This document shows positions 19,676 to 29,822 of a stretch of DNA of 64,000 bases, piece after piece. Below the pieces are notes generated by a model. That model was not told the DNA's origin and did not search any database. It was given only the letters and a program-made list of their open reading frames with translations. The stretch is from an uncultured Verrucomicrobiae bacterium. Lineage in GTDB: Bacteria; Chlamydiota; Chlamydiia; Chlamydiales; Rhabdochlamydiaceae. Location: NCBI GenBank assembly GCA_963806855.1, contig CAWDYW010000001.1:544001-608000 (forward strand). The letters run 5' to 3'. Position numbers and translations under genes: made by a program. Numbering within the stretch: position 1 is the first letter of the stretch; every line of letters starts with the position of its first letter.

Positions 19676-20549
19676 GTAACATAAGTCGGTCAAAACCTAC
19701 CGCAACCCCGCATGACTGGGGGAGATAGTAGAGGGAGGCGATGAAATCTTCATCGATCGGCAGACTCTCTTTGCCAAGGGAAATCCGCTTAGCATTTTCC
19801 TCTTCAAGCCGGATCCGCTGTTCAATTGGATCGGTCAATTCATCAAATCCATTAGCCAGTTCAATTCCATTGTAGTAGACCTCGAACCGGTGGCCAACCT
19901 TGACTCCATCGACGACGATCGCTTTTGCCAGAGAGGCTTGCGAGGCGGGGTAGTCGGTGATCACGGTGAGGCGCCCTTGGCCAAGATGTGGTTCAACGAG
20001 ATGAGAAAAGAGGAGGCTCAATTGGGTATCTCGATCCCACTCGATGGCTGATTTGGAAAAGGGGAGGAGATGGGGGGCTAAATCGTCATGGATGTAGTCA
20101 ATTTGAGCTATTCGAAGAAAAGCTTGCCGGTAGGAGAGGATCTCAGAGGAGAGATCAGGGAGGAAAAGTCTAATAAAGTTAAGCGTCTCCTCAATAAAGG
20201 GCTCATAGGCCATCCCAACTCTGTACCACTCGGCCATGGTGAATTCAGGGGAGTGGCGGGGACCCTCTTCGCCTGCACGGTAGACGTGGCCCAGTTGATA
20301 GATGTCGCCGCTGCCTTGAGCGAGTAATTTTTTTAATTCATATTCGGGAGAGGTGTGGAGATAGCCAATTTTGCCTCCTCCCATTTCGACCCGCATCACA
20401 TCGATGTAGGCGTCGATCGGTGCCGCAGGACGCAAAAGGTCGGTATCCACTTCGAGGATCTTACGATCTGCAAAAAATTGACGAGCGGCAGCAAACATGG
20501 CCGCCCGCTGCTCGATTGTCCCTTTATTAGAGGCGAGAAACGTATTCAC
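19629..20549 (-). CDS. epmA: EF-P lysine aminoacylase EpmA (GenX/PoxA)
   Basis: YLHTSPE, HSPEFTMAEWY, GIELANGFDEL, GVAVGFDRL; adjacent to efp. Confidence 0.93.
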   Translation of the reverse strand: MNTFLASNKGTIEQRAAMFAAARQFFADRKILEVDTDLLRPAAPIDAYIDVMRVEMGGGKIGYLHTSPEYELKKLLAQGSGDIYQLGHVYRAGEEGPRHSPEFTMAEWYRVGMAYEPFIEETLNFIRLFLPDLSSEILSYRQAFLRIAQIDYIHDDLAPHLLPFSKSAIEWDRDTQLSLLFSHLVEPHLGQGRLTVITDYPASQASLAKAIVVDGVKVGHRFEVYYNGIELANGFDELTDPIEQRIRLEEENAKRISLGKESLPIDEDFIASLYYLPQSCGVAVGFDRLMLLMTSSNAQLGSGARR

Positions 20550-21090
20550 CGGTTCGAGTATCCACTTTGATTTTTTCTCCCTGATCGATGAAGATCGGGA
20601 CTTGGATTTTGGCCCCTGTATCGGTGATCGCAGCCTTGAGGACCCGCCCCGAAGTGTCGCCCCGCAGGCCGGGCGCAGTCTCGGTGATGGTCATCTCCAT
20701 AAAGGTAGGGGGGATGAAATCGATCACTTCGCCTTTATAATAGATTAGCTCGTACTCGGTATCTTCCTTGCACCAGATCTCTTTGTCGCCGATCACTGAG
20801 CCGGGGATGGTATGCTGTTCAAAAGTTTTTTCATCCATGAAGACAAAGTCCTCTCCTTCGCGGTAGAGGAGGCGCATGGTCTCTTCTTCGACGTCCGCTA
20901 TATCGAGTTTTTCACCCGAGCGGAATGTTTTCTCTACGACTCTCCCAGTCTTTAAATGTTTGAGTTTGACTCGGTTAAACGGTTGGCCTTTCCCTGGCTT
21001 AACAAATTCGTTGGTGACCAGGAGATAAGGTTCTCCCTCAACTTCAACTTTCATTCCGGGTTTAAAATCGTTTGTACTTACCTGTGCCAT
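20527..21090 (-). CDS. efp: Elongation factor P
   Basis: FVKPGKGQPF, PGLRGDT, VDTRTGEYVSR. Confidence 0.97.
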   Translation of the reverse strand: MAQVSTNDFKPGMKVEVEGEPYLLVTNEFVKPGKGQPFNRVKLKHLKTGRVVEKTFRSGEKLDIADVEEETMRLLYREGEDFVFMDEKTFEQHTIPGSVIGDKEIWCKEDTEYELIYYKGEVIDFIPPTFMEMTITETAPGLRGDTSGRVLKAAITDTGAKIQVPIFIDQGEKIKVDTRTGEYVSRL

Positions 21091-21133
21091 TTATATTCCC
21101 TGTTTAAAATCCACGATTTTGGCCAATTTCCTA

Positions 21134-22456
21134 TTAAACTGCAAGTGGGTGGGGCTGAATGGGTCCACGGTAGTGGGGAGGCTGTCTTTGATTTTGCACA
21201 GCTTGCTGTATAGCGTATTTTATCAGTTCTGGAAGCTCAACTTTTAGTTGGGCGGCCAGCTTATTTAAGTCCGCAGTTAATTGTTGATTGTCCCGATTAA
21301 TCCCTTGTGCTTCTTCATTACGCTGTTTCTGTGCTTCGAGAATATGGGCTTCGAATTGCTCGCGGAGCTCTGCAAACTTTCTTTTGTCTTCTTCGAAGAT
21401 TAGCTTTTCTTTCTTTAATGACTCTATGTCTGCTTGAATTTCTGCTTTGTTATTTTGGAAGGTCTCTCTCATCGTCGCAATCGTTGAAGAGGTCATCGTC
21501 TCAAATTCTGACACGATGAACATTGACGCTTTTCTCAAGTTTTCTATAGCCTTAGCATTTCGCTCGTCCATTTGCCCCATCATGTGACTGCAAATTTGCT
21601 GAACGTTGGATTTATAATCGTTGAAATTTTGACGTGCCAATTCAAGGGCCTCTTCTTGTCCACGTTGTCCATTTTCTAAAAGTTCCTTGAGTTGTTCTGC
21701 CATGATCGCATGTTGGAGTTGGAGTTCTCTATAATCCTCATTCAGAGAGCTCTGATCTGCGTTGTTGGCTTGATGGACTGCATTATTGCCTTGCTGCACT
21801 GCGGTGGTGGCTTGATGGGCTGCATTATTGCCTTGTTGCACTGCGTTGTTGGCTTGATGGACTGCATTATTGCCTTGCTGCACTGAGTTGTTGCCTTGAT
21901 GGACTGCATTATTGCCTTGATGGACTGCATTATTGCCTTGCTGAACTGCATTGTTGAGTGAATGTGTTTCATTATTGACTTGCTGTATTGCATTATTAAC
22001 TTGATGCACAGCATTGTTAGCTCTATGATCAGCATTCAGAGCTTCATGTACGAGATTGTGATACCCATACTTTTCATTCTCCTGCTTCATTCGCTCGATG
22101 CTTTGATGTAACTCGAGATTGTTCTTTTTGAGTTGGAGATTCAAGAGCCCATATTTGTACCCCTCTTCCTTGATGACGGAGGTTGCCCGATCGAGATTGG
22201 CAAATTCCTTGAGGTCTTTGATCGTTTTGACAAAGAGGGCGCTCATCGCAGCAGAGATCACTCCAGCCAAGAAATATCCCCCAAGAACCAGAAAAATCGC
22301 TTGGACCAGTTCATAGACTGCTGCAGCTGTCAAAATCTTATCTCGCCAGGAGCCAAGTGTGTTAATGAGGAACCCCTTGACTCTTGATCCCCAATGGCGG
22401 GGGGCAGCGACAAGTTCATGGTCAAAGTGTGGTGTCATAGAAATCGCATGAATCAT
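21134..22456 (-). CDS. Inc-like protein with 7-aa (NNAVHQG) tandem repeats and long coiled coil
   Basis: Bilobed hydrophobic segment near N-terminus; GAGAGG RBS before ATG 22456. Confidence 0.65.
   Translation of the reverse strand: MIHAISMTPHFDHELVAAPRHWGSRVKGFLINTLGSWRDKILTAAAVYELVQAIFLVLGGYFLAGVISAAMSALFVKTIKDLKEFANLDRATSVIKEEGYKYGLLNLQLKKNNLELHQSIERMKQENEKYGYHNLVHEALNADHRANNAVHQVNNAIQQVNNETHSLNNAVQQGNNAVHQGNNAVHQGNNSVQQGNNAVHQANNAVQQGNNAAHQATTAVQQGNNAVHQANNADQSSLNEDYRELQLQHAIMAEQLKELLENGQRGQEEALELARQNFNDYKSNVQQICSHMMGQMDERNAKAIENLRKASMFIVSEFETMTSSTIATMRETFQNNKAEIQADIESLKKEKLIFEEDKRKFAELREQFEAHILEAQKQRNEEAQGINRDNQQLTADLNKLAAQLKVELPELIKYAIQQAVQNQRQPPHYRGPIQPHPLAV
21750..22060 (-). repeat. 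21 bp coding tandem repeat (about 13-15 units)
   Basis: Units such as aataatgcagtccatcaaggc encode N-N-A-V-(H/Q)-Q-(G/A). Confidence 0.9.
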
Positions 22457-22535
22457 ACCAACCTCTCTAAATAGATTAGGGGCCAAGTGTAAATCAACTT
22501 TGAATTTTATTCAAATTGGTGGCAAAAGGTGAGTT

Positions 22536-23345
22536 ATGACAGAAAAAATCGGCGAAGAGCAATTTGCACGTGATACTTTAGAGCGCTATAGTGGAAGCTC
22601 CTATGCCGATTTTCAGTCGAATCTGATTCTGACCAACTTCCCCCAATATGTAGAATATTTTGCCAAGACCCGTCGGATCAAGGTGCATGAGGGATCGATG
22701 TTTAAAGCGGCCCATTGCACTAAAGAGGGGATCAGCATTCTCGATTTTAAAATTGGCTCCCCAGCTGCAGCTCTCGTTGTCGATCTCTGCTCCTTTTTGC
22801 CGATCAAATCGGCCGTTCTTTTAGGGATGTGCGGGGGCTTAAGACGCCGTTATAAGGTGGGCGATTACCTGGTTCCGGTTGCGAGCATTCGCGATGAGGG
22901 GACCTCGAATTTCTATTTCCCTCCTGAAGTTCCAGCTCTGGCCAACTTTTTGATGCAAAAGGCGGTGACCCAAGTTCTCGATGAGCAAAATGCCACCTAT
23001 CACATCGGCATCACCTTCACTTCGAACATGCGTTTTTGGGAATTCAACGAAGAGTTCAAAACTCGGCTGAAAGCGACTAAAGCTCAGGCCTATGAGATGG
23101 AGTGTGCCACCCTTTTCGCCGCAAGCTATAAGCGGAAGTTTACGCTCGGTGCCCTCCTGCTGATTTCGGATCTGCCGCTCAATGAAGACGGGGTGAAGAC
23201 GAAGAAAAGCTCTGCCCATGTTTTCGAGACCTACATGGCCGATCATGTCGAGAAAGGGGCTGCAATTTTAAAAGCTGCCCGCGGAATGCAAGAGCTCAAT
23301 ATCAAAGGGGCTTATCACCGCAATATCGGCATCAGAAAGAAATAA
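22536..23345 (+). CDS. amn: AMP nucleosidase (short chlamydial/Bacteroidota type)
   Basis: LERYSGS, DFKIGSPAAAL, LGMCGGL, EMECATLF, LLLISDLPL. Confidence 0.9.
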   Translation: MTEKIGEEQFARDTLERYSGSSYADFQSNLILTNFPQYVEYFAKTRRIKVHEGSMFKAAHCTKEGISILDFKIGSPAAALVVDLCSFLPIKSAVLLGMCGGLRRRYKVGDYLVPVASIRDEGTSNFYFPPEVPALANFLMQKAVTQVLDEQNATYHIGITFTSNMRFWEFNEEFKTRLKATKAQAYEMECATLFAASYKRKFTLGALLLISDLPLNEDGVKTKKSSAHVFETYMADHVEKGAAILKAARGMQELNIKGAYHRNIGIRKK

Positions 23346-23403
23346 AAAATTTTCTTGAATGTAATTAAGTACCCTTATATCACAGGTTTAGGGGAGAAAA
23401 GAT

Positions 23404-23778
23404 ATGAGAGCTCTTTTGCTATGTGCATTACTGCTGGGCTTCACTGCCTGTGGTTCTATCAATGAAATGAATTCGAATATGGTCAGGACCAATGAGCTGA
23501 TGGATGAGAACATCGTCGTGACCAGTAGTGCTCAGACCACGATCCAAAAAAACACAGCCGCTGTTACCCATTCTACAGATTCGATGGTCGAGTTCGAAGA
23601 TATTATCGCCGATAATACCCAGACAGTCTCGAGGGTCATCCATGAAGTGCAAGCCCATTCCCATGTCTTATCGCTGGGAGTGATCGCCTTTCTGGTGCTC
23701 CTCTTTCTCCCCTCCCTTATCTTGGTGATTTTTTACTTCAGGTTCCTTCGTTCTATGAAGTCTTACATGAGGAAATAA
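23404..23778 (+). CDS. Lipoprotein with heptad helix and C-terminal TM, paralog 1
   Basis: Lipobox FTAC; helical linker; LGVIAFLVLLFLPSLILVIFYF then basic tail. Confidence 0.75.
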   Translation: MRALLLCALLLGFTACGSINEMNSNMVRTNELMDENIVVTSSAQTTIQKNTAAVTHSTDSMVEFEDIIADNTQTVSRVIHEVQAHSHVLSLGVIAFLVLLFLPSLILVIFYFRFLRSMKSYMRK

Positions 23779-23779
23779 T

Positions 23780-24154
23780 ATGAGAGCAAAATTTTTAGGG
23801 TTACTTCTTCTCTGCTTCACTGGTTGCGCGACGATCAGTACCCTGAACAACAACATGACGACCATGAATGATACGATCCAGGAGAACATCGAAACAATGG
23901 AGGTGTCTGGTCAGAAGATCGATGCCAATACTGCCGAAGTGATCCGCTCAACTAACCAAGCTGAAGAATTCAAAAAAATCATCTCTTCCAATACAGATTC
24001 AATGAAGAATGGAATAGACGGGGTTAAAAAGCATACCGGGTTATTCCCCATCGTCTTTATCGCCCTCGTCGCTCTGCTATTTTTACCTACCGCGATCTGC
24101 CTAGTTTTTTACCACAAATTCTTCCAGCATATGCGGCCAAATTCTAAGAGGTAA
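23780..24154 (+). CDS. Lipoprotein with heptad helix and C-terminal TM, paralog 2
   Basis: Lipobox FTGC; shared NxNM..TxN..ENI and VxRSTN motifs; LLFLP TM. Confidence 0.75.
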   Translation: MRAKFLGLLLLCFTGCATISTLNNNMTTMNDTIQENIETMEVSGQKIDANTAEVIRSTNQAEEFKKIISSNTDSMKNGIDGVKKHTGLFPIVFIALVALLFLPTAICLVFYHKFFQHMRPNSKR

Positions 24155-24156
24155 AT

Positions 24157-24513
24157 GTGATTAAAGGTATAGTTTTGTCGCTTTTGCTCGTCTGCTTTGC
24201 CGGGTGCGGGTCCGTGGGGGACTTGTACCATAATATGCTTGATACCAATGAGAAGATGGAAGCGAACATCGTCGTTTTGAGCGATGTGAAAGAGACTGTT
24301 TTAGAGAATCAGTTCCAAGTGGTCCGCTCAACCAATGAGATCAAGCAGCTCGCCGAGGTAAACGGGGAGAACATGGAGGTCATCAAAAATACGATGGCAG
24401 TCTTAGGGCCCTTCGATGTGCACAAGCTAGCTGGACTCGGCCTGCTGCTGCTGCTCTTCGTCCCTTGCCTAATCCTCGCCTTCTCGTACTTCAGCCTCCC
24501 CCGCAAGCGCTAG
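24157..24513 (+). CDS. Lipoprotein with heptad helix and C-terminal TM, paralog 3
   Basis: Lipobox FAGC; VVRSTN; LLLLLFVPCLILAF TM; PRKR tail. Confidence 0.75.
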   Translation: MIKGIVLSLLLVCFAGCGSVGDLYHNMLDTNEKMEANIVVLSDVKETVLENQFQVVRSTNEIKQLAEVNGENMEVIKNTMAVLGPFDVHKLAGLGLLLLLFVPCLILAFSYFSLPRKR

Positions 24514-24675
24514 GGCGTGTCGTCAATTCCGAGTCTGCTGAATTCGAGTTCTTTTCCCCTAGGATGCAATAGCAGATCGGGGGTAATATTAGCAGATATA
24601 ACCCCCGATCTGCTATTGCATCCTAGGGAGAAAATAATCTCGAATTCAGCCACTCGGAATTGACGACACGCCCTA
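24511..24675. mobile_element. About 165 bp palindromic MITE-like element
   Basis: Perfect terminal inverted repeat tagggcgtgtcgtcaattccgagt/actcggaattgacgacacgcccta, inner arm ccctaggatgcaatagcagatcgggggt, TA at both ends. Confidence 0.8.
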
Positions 24676-24706
24676 ATAAAAACGCAAAGCTAAGCATTAA
24701 TCGATT

Positions 24707-25885
24707 TTAGACTTTTGGAGGGAATAATTTTGTATTCCTATATTCCCTGGTGAGAACTACCGGCTCTTGTGGAGCAGGCGCTACAGGCTGTACTTGTACG
24801 ATCGGCAATACCGCAGGTTGAGCTGGCTGTACTGCTGCCTGCTGAGGAATTGGGTGTGCTGCGGGCAATCCTAGAGCAGGCCGGTCATTTGGTGGATTTG
24901 TGGGAGCTTGAATAGCTGATGCCATTGCTCCTAGTGCTTGGTCATTCCATTCCTTCAAGGATCTGGAAATGTCAGCAGCAGCATTTTTCTCTAGATCGGT
25001 TGCATAGTAAAATTCATAAAGTTCAGCGAGGTTCTTTAGTATTGGTTTTAATCTTTCGTAATCAGGACCAGTACAGTTTCTCAGTTGATGATATTTGATC
25101 TCATGTGCGATCATGCGTTCTTGCATCATTGCACCAGGCAGGGCATTAATAGCACTACCCATCATTCCCCTTACCATCGCTTCCTTCATATCTTTAGTCA
25201 AGGTTTGTCCATTCAGATAGTTAGTCAGTAATTGATGGGTTCCTGCATTGACGGTTCCGGCGGCAGTTTCACTGATCATAGTATGAAGAAATACCTCCAT
25301 CCGAAGAGCCTCCCTGTTAAGGCATAATTCCTCGATTTTTTTATAAGACATATCGTCAGTTATAGAACCCCAGAGGCCTATTGAAACAGTTTCAAAAGTT
25401 CCTTGTAGAGCCAAACCTCCACAGGCACCGGCTGCTCCAGAGACGAGGGTCTCATGAAGAGTAATTTCTTTTCCATCGACCTTTTGGCGGACACAATGAG
25501 CTACCATGTTTCCGCTTCCCTGCCTTGCCATTGCAGGTGCTGCCCTACGGAAAAATCCTAGTAATGGGGCGACCTTGTCTGCAGCTTTACTTGCAATCCC
25601 TGACAAGGGGCCGGAGTAATTGGCAATTGTTCCAATAATCGGAGAGACCAGTTTATTTGCCATGTCCAGCACTGGCTTTGCTAAATTCATGGCCGGTTGA
25701 ACTAAACCGCTTGCAGATCCAAAGATCACGCCAGACGCCACACTGGATACTGCACCAACTTTCATGCTGCTATCAAAACCGTTTTCATTTATCTGCTCAG
25801 GCTTCGATCCATAGGCATACATAAACCCCGCAACACCCGCTGAAGCAACGGCCCCTCCGGCAGCAATTGGAGCCCCTAACGCCAT
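24707..25885 (-). CDS. Hypothetical Gly/Ala-rich hydrophobic protein (candidate effector); 5' end probably disrupted
   Basis: 392 aa ORF; coding-like sequence continues upstream in shifted frames to an ATG near 26018. Confidence 0.5.
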   Translation of the reverse strand: MALGAPIAAGGAVASAGVAGFMYAYGSKPEQINENGFDSSMKVGAVSSVASGVIFGSASGLVQPAMNLAKPVLDMANKLVSPIIGTIANYSGPLSGIASKAADKVAPLLGFFRRAAPAMARQGSGNMVAHCVRQKVDGKEITLHETLVSGAAGACGGLALQGTFETVSIGLWGSITDDMSYKKIEELCLNREALRMEVFLHTMISETAAGTVNAGTHQLLTNYLNGQTLTKDMKEAMVRGMMGSAINALPGAMMQERMIAHEIKYHQLRNCTGPDYERLKPILKNLAELYEFYYATDLEKNAAADISRSLKEWNDQALGAMASAIQAPTNPPNDRPALGLPAAHPIPQQAAVQPAQPAVLPIVQVQPVAPAPQEPVVLTREYRNTKLFPPKV

Positions 25886-26182
25886 GAGTGCTCCTCCAGC
25901 GAGAATGACTACGACCCCGCGGCAACAGCAATCGTCCCTAAGATCTTTTCCCTCTAATATTAGTGGGTGCCTAGGGGGGGCGTGCCTCTAGGAGAAAGAG
26001 GTTGGGCGGAACTCATACTTATCCTTAGTTTTTTTGTTTTGAAAGGAAGAAGCTAACAGAACGGAAGAGAATTTTGCAACAGTTATACTGCGCCCGCTTA
26101 AGTTTTTTTTCTCTCCTTTAAATTGCTCTTTCGCTAAAATTACTTTATCTACTAACCCATAAAATAACTTGGAGACGCAAAC

Positions 26183-26809
26183 ATGGATACTAAATATTTC
26201 ACATTAATCGACGGAGGATGTAATGACAGGGACGCTTTTGATTTCGATCCCCATACTTGTGGATCGGATTCTAGAACTAGGAGAATTGGGCATCTGATTC
26301 GATTTTCTTTCCCCGCTGTTCAGAAAGCAATGGTACAAGACCTCATCTTAACAAATCCTGAGAATCCTGAGGTTAAAGATCCTGCAGTAGGAGCCATTGA
26401 CTTTATCCGTTGGGAGGGTGCACCAAATGATAATATGGACTTAGGTGTGAAGATTTCATTTCAGAATAGGGCTATCTTGCAAGAGGCTCTTTCTTGTACA
26501 AATGAAACTCCAGAATTTGAAGTTGAATTTGTGGTTTATGATTACGATTACAATAAAAAAACCTATTTCAAAAGATTTTACACGGTAAAAAATCCGATAA
26601 AATTTTCTATTTCAGAAGCTTCTAGATTAAATATTTATGAAGAGCCAGACAACTATATTAAAAAGCCAATTGTGTTTTTCCTTCAGGTTTCCCTGACGCC
26701 CATGAATGGCATCAAGGATCAGGAAGTTGGTTTTGCTTTTAGCTCTACAAGCCCTAAATTTACCCGAGAGGTTGGTGAGTCCAATGTCTTAACATTGGCT
26801 GCGAGGTAA
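26183..26809 (+). CDS. Hypothetical beta-rich protein heading the hscC cluster
   Basis: 208 aa ORF with GGAG RBS; ends 2 bp before hscC. Confidence 0.7.
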   Translation: MDTKYFTLIDGGCNDRDAFDFDPHTCGSDSRTRRIGHLIRFSFPAVQKAMVQDLILTNPENPEVKDPAVGAIDFIRWEGAPNDNMDLGVKISFQNRAILQEALSCTNETPEFEVEFVVYDYDYNKKTYFKRFYTVKNPIKFSISEASRLNIYEEPDNYIKKPIVFFLQVSLTPMNGIKDQEVGFAFSSTSPKFTREVGESNVLTLAAR

Positions 26810-26811
26810 AG

Positions 26812-28503
26812 ATGATTGTAGGGATCGATTTAGGGACAACCAATAGCTTGATTGCGGTTTGGGAAGAGGGTAAGCCTAAGTTGATCCCGAATGCCCAGGG
26901 GAAAACCCTAACTCCTTCTGTTGTCAGTCTAGATTCTGCGGGCAATATTGTCGTTGGCAAGGCGGCGATTGATCAATTGGATGCTCATAACCAGCTTTCT
27001 TTGGCCAATTTTAAGCGCTACATGGGGACAAATAAAATCCTTCATTTGGGCCCGCATAGTTTTCGTCCAGAAGAGCTAAGCGCCTTAATTTTAAAGAGCC
27101 TGATCCGGGATGCTGAAGCCTATCTAAATACCAAAATCACCGAGGCGGTCATCACGGTACCGGCCTATTTCAATGACACACAGCGAAAGGCTACCCGCTT
27201 GGCTGGAGAGTTAGCCGGACTGAAAGTGGAGCGGCTTCTGAATGAACCCACTGCAGCAGCTCTGGCTTATGGCTTGCACAATAGAGAAGCAGAGTCTAAG
27301 TTTTTAATCTTCGATTTGGGTGGCGGGACATTTGACGTCTCGATCGTCGAGCTGTTCAGCGGAGTCATCGAGGTCCGTTCAAGCGCTGGAGACAATCGTC
27401 TAGGCGGCGAGGATTTTACCGATGCTTTGGAAGGCTATCTTACACATGAACTATTTAAGCGGTATCAGATCGACTGCAGCACGTTTGATCCAAGTGCAAA
27501 GACACGTATGCGCCATCAAGTACAGATGGTCCTGCACCAATTGAGCATTAAGGATGAGGCCTGCTTTCGATTAGATGGACCTGTGGAGATTGTCGTGTCG
27601 GCTACAGAATTCAATGCCTGTGTAGAGCCTCTGATGGAGCGGATTAAGATTCCTCTTGCAAAAGCACTCAGAGATGCCCGCATCCTTCCCGAACAGCTCG
27701 ATTTGGTGATTCTTGTCGGCGGCGCCACTCGGATGCCGTTGATCGGAAGGGAAGTGGCCAAGATGTTTGGGAAATTCCCTCAGTTGGTCTTACATCCAGA
27801 TGAAGCTGTCGCACTGGGCGCGGCTGTTCAAGCTGCCCTTAAGGAGAGGCACGAAGATGTTTCAGATGTGGTCATCACAGATGTGTGCCCCTATTCATTG
27901 GGGACAGATGTGCGAGCGTATAAGCATCGAACGAGCAGCGGCGTGAAATTTCTTCCGATTATTGAACGAAATACGACGATCCCCGCCAGCCGGGTGGAGA
28001 GACTCGTTACGGCTTCTGATTATCAAACTAGCTTGAAAATCCCCGTCTATCAGGGTGAGAGCTACAATGTGGAAGAAAATATTAAAATTGGAGAGCTTCT
28101 CATTACTTTGCCGCCAGCTCCTGCAGGGGAAGAGGCCTTTGATATCCGTTTCACTTACGATATCAATGGGTTGCTGGAAGTGGAAGTGGCCATTGTCAGT
28201 ACGGGTAAGAAAAAAATTGCGGTATTTAATAATCAGAGCCATCAGCTCTCCGAGCAGGAAATCACCGCTAGCCTAGAGAAGCTGCAAAGTTTAAAAGTCC
28301 ATCCGCGCGATCAGCTAGAAAATCGTAAAATCCTCGCTGAAATGGAAAATATCTATTCCTTCTTTAAAGGGGAGGAGCGGGAGATGGTCTCCGAGGAGAT
28401 TAGCAGATTTCAGTATGCTCTAGACACTCAAGATCCTGAAGTGATTGCAGAGGCAAGAGAAGAGGCGGCTGAATTCATTTCGAATTATAGGATGTTGTAT
28501 TGA
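26812..28503 (+). CDS. hscC: Hsp70-family chaperone, HscC type
   Basis: [70 protein letters not shown]-terminus; 563 aa. Confidence 0.88.
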   Translation: MIVGIDLGTTNSLIAVWEEGKPKLIPNAQGKTLTPSVVSLDSAGNIVVGKAAIDQLDAHNQLSLANFKRYMGTNKILHLGPHSFRPEELSALILKSLIRDAEAYLNTKITEAVITVPAYFNDTQRKATRLAGELAGLKVERLLNEPTAAALAYGLHNREAESKFLIFDLGGGTFDVSIVELFSGVIEVRSSAGDNRLGGEDFTDALEGYLTHELFKRYQIDCSTFDPSAKTRMRHQVQMVLHQLSIKDEACFRLDGPVEIVVSATEFNACVEPLMERIKIPLAKALRDARILPEQLDLVILVGGATRMPLIGREVAKMFGKFPQLVLHPDEAVALGAAVQAALKERHEDVSDVVITDVCPYSLGTDVRAYKHRTSSGVKFLPIIERNTTIPASRVERLVTASDYQTSLKIPVYQGESYNVEENIKIGELLITLPPAPAGEEAFDIRFTYDINGLLEVEVAIVSTGKKKIAVFNNQSHQLSEQEITASLEKLQSLKVHPRDQLENRKILAEMENIYSFFKGEEREMVSEEISRFQYALDTQDPEVIAEAREEAAEFISNYRMLY

Positions 28504-29822
28504 CTGCGGATGAGCCTCCTCTTCTCACAGCTGCAAGGCAAGATGCCTATGGGCTGCTCGATCAATTATTAGAAGCGGGCGAGAATCCCAATCAAACGAA
28601 CAAGGACGGGGAAACAGCCCTTCTTTTGGCAGCTCAGCGGGGATTTGAAAAAGCTGTTTTTCGCCTCTTGCAAGCGGGAGCCGATGCTTTGAAAGTGGGC
28701 GGCGATATCACTCGAACTGTCTGTTCTAATGCGCTCGGTTTTGCTTTAAAAGATGGCAATCAGAAGATCATCCAAATGTTGATGAATTCGATTGAATTCG
28801 ACACCCTTGAAAAAATTTGTTGGTACCGTGGATGTGGAGGGAACGGATTCACTTCGTTTTTAGATAAAGGTCTTTTAACGATAGTGGATATCAGTTGTCA
28901 GCCTTCTACAATCGAATCTCTTCCACCGTTATTTCAAGCGATCTATAAAGATGACTTCGCCGCTTTTAAGCAATTGCTGGAAGAGGGCTCCGATCCCCAT
29001 GCGACATTAGGCAACGGACTGGCCCCACTACATATCGCGCTTGGGTTCCATCGCAATGCGATGTTCGATCTCTTGCTCGAATATAGTGTGAAACTCGATC
29101 AAAGGGATGCTCCCTACTATTATTCACCCCTTTTTGTAGCGGTCCATACAAAGAATCGGCATGCCTATCGCAAGCTCATTGATCTTGGAGCTCCCGACCT
29201 TCCTACAGGATATAACCACACAGCCCTTTTTGCTGCGGTTTACTCAGGTGACATGGAAGTCATCCAAGAGTTGATTGCACGTGGTTCAGATATCAAACAA
29301 TACGCCTGTCATGGTTGTTGCACTTTAGTCTATACAGCTGCTCGTTACGGCCATGTCAATGTACTCAAATATTTGCTCTCTTTAGGACTTCATCCCGATT
29401 GGGATGCAGAAGGTAACGCCTACTACTCTGAGACATTGTATGGCTCCCAATTCACCGCCCTCTCAGCTGCAGTGAAACATGGGGATGTCGAATCAGTTGA
29501 GCTCTTGCTCAATGCCGGCGCTGATCCCAATCGGAAATCCAATGGAATACCCCCGATCCATTTTGCAATGCCAAGCTACCGCTTTGTGGAAAGTGAAACG
29601 ATTGATTACCACGCCCTCATTCAGCGCTATCTCGCGATTATCGATCTTCTTCTAGCGCATGGCGCTAACATCGATCTCAAAGCAGACCACAACCAGATCC
29701 CCGCACTTACACAAGCCTATGCCACAGAGCAAAAGGAGATCGCGCTGCACTTGGTAAGATGTGGAGCGGCGAGTGACAAGAAAGATAAAAGGGGCAAATT
29801 CCCCTACGAGTACGCGCGATGA
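28500..29822 (+). CDS. Ankyrin repeat protein
   Basis: GETALLLAA, GLAPLHIA, TALFAAV, TALSAAV ankyrin units; overlaps hscC stop. Confidence 0.85.
   Translation: MTADEPPLLTAARQDAYGLLDQLLEAGENPNQTNKDGETALLLAAQRGFEKAVFRLLQAGADALKVGGDITRTVCSNALGFALKDGNQKIIQMLMNSIEFDTLEKICWYRGCGGNGFTSFLDKGLLTIVDISCQPSTIESLPPLFQAIYKDDFAAFKQLLEEGSDPHATLGNGLAPLHIALGFHRNAMFDLLLEYSVKLDQRDAPYYYSPLFVAVHTKNRHAYRKLIDLGAPDLPTGYNHTALFAAVYSGDMEVIQELIARGSDIKQYACHGCCTLVYTAARYGHVNVLKYLLSLGLHPDWDAEGNAYYSETLYGSQFTALSAAVKHGDVESVELLLNAGADPNRKSNGIPPIHFAMPSYRFVESETIDYHALIQRYLAIIDLLLAHGANIDLKADHNQIPALTQAYATEQKEIALHLVRCGAASDKKDKRGKFPYEYAR

Noticed and set aside
23404..24513. Prophage lysis cassette
   Set aside because: No holin, endolysin or other phage genes nearby; only the topology resembles spanins
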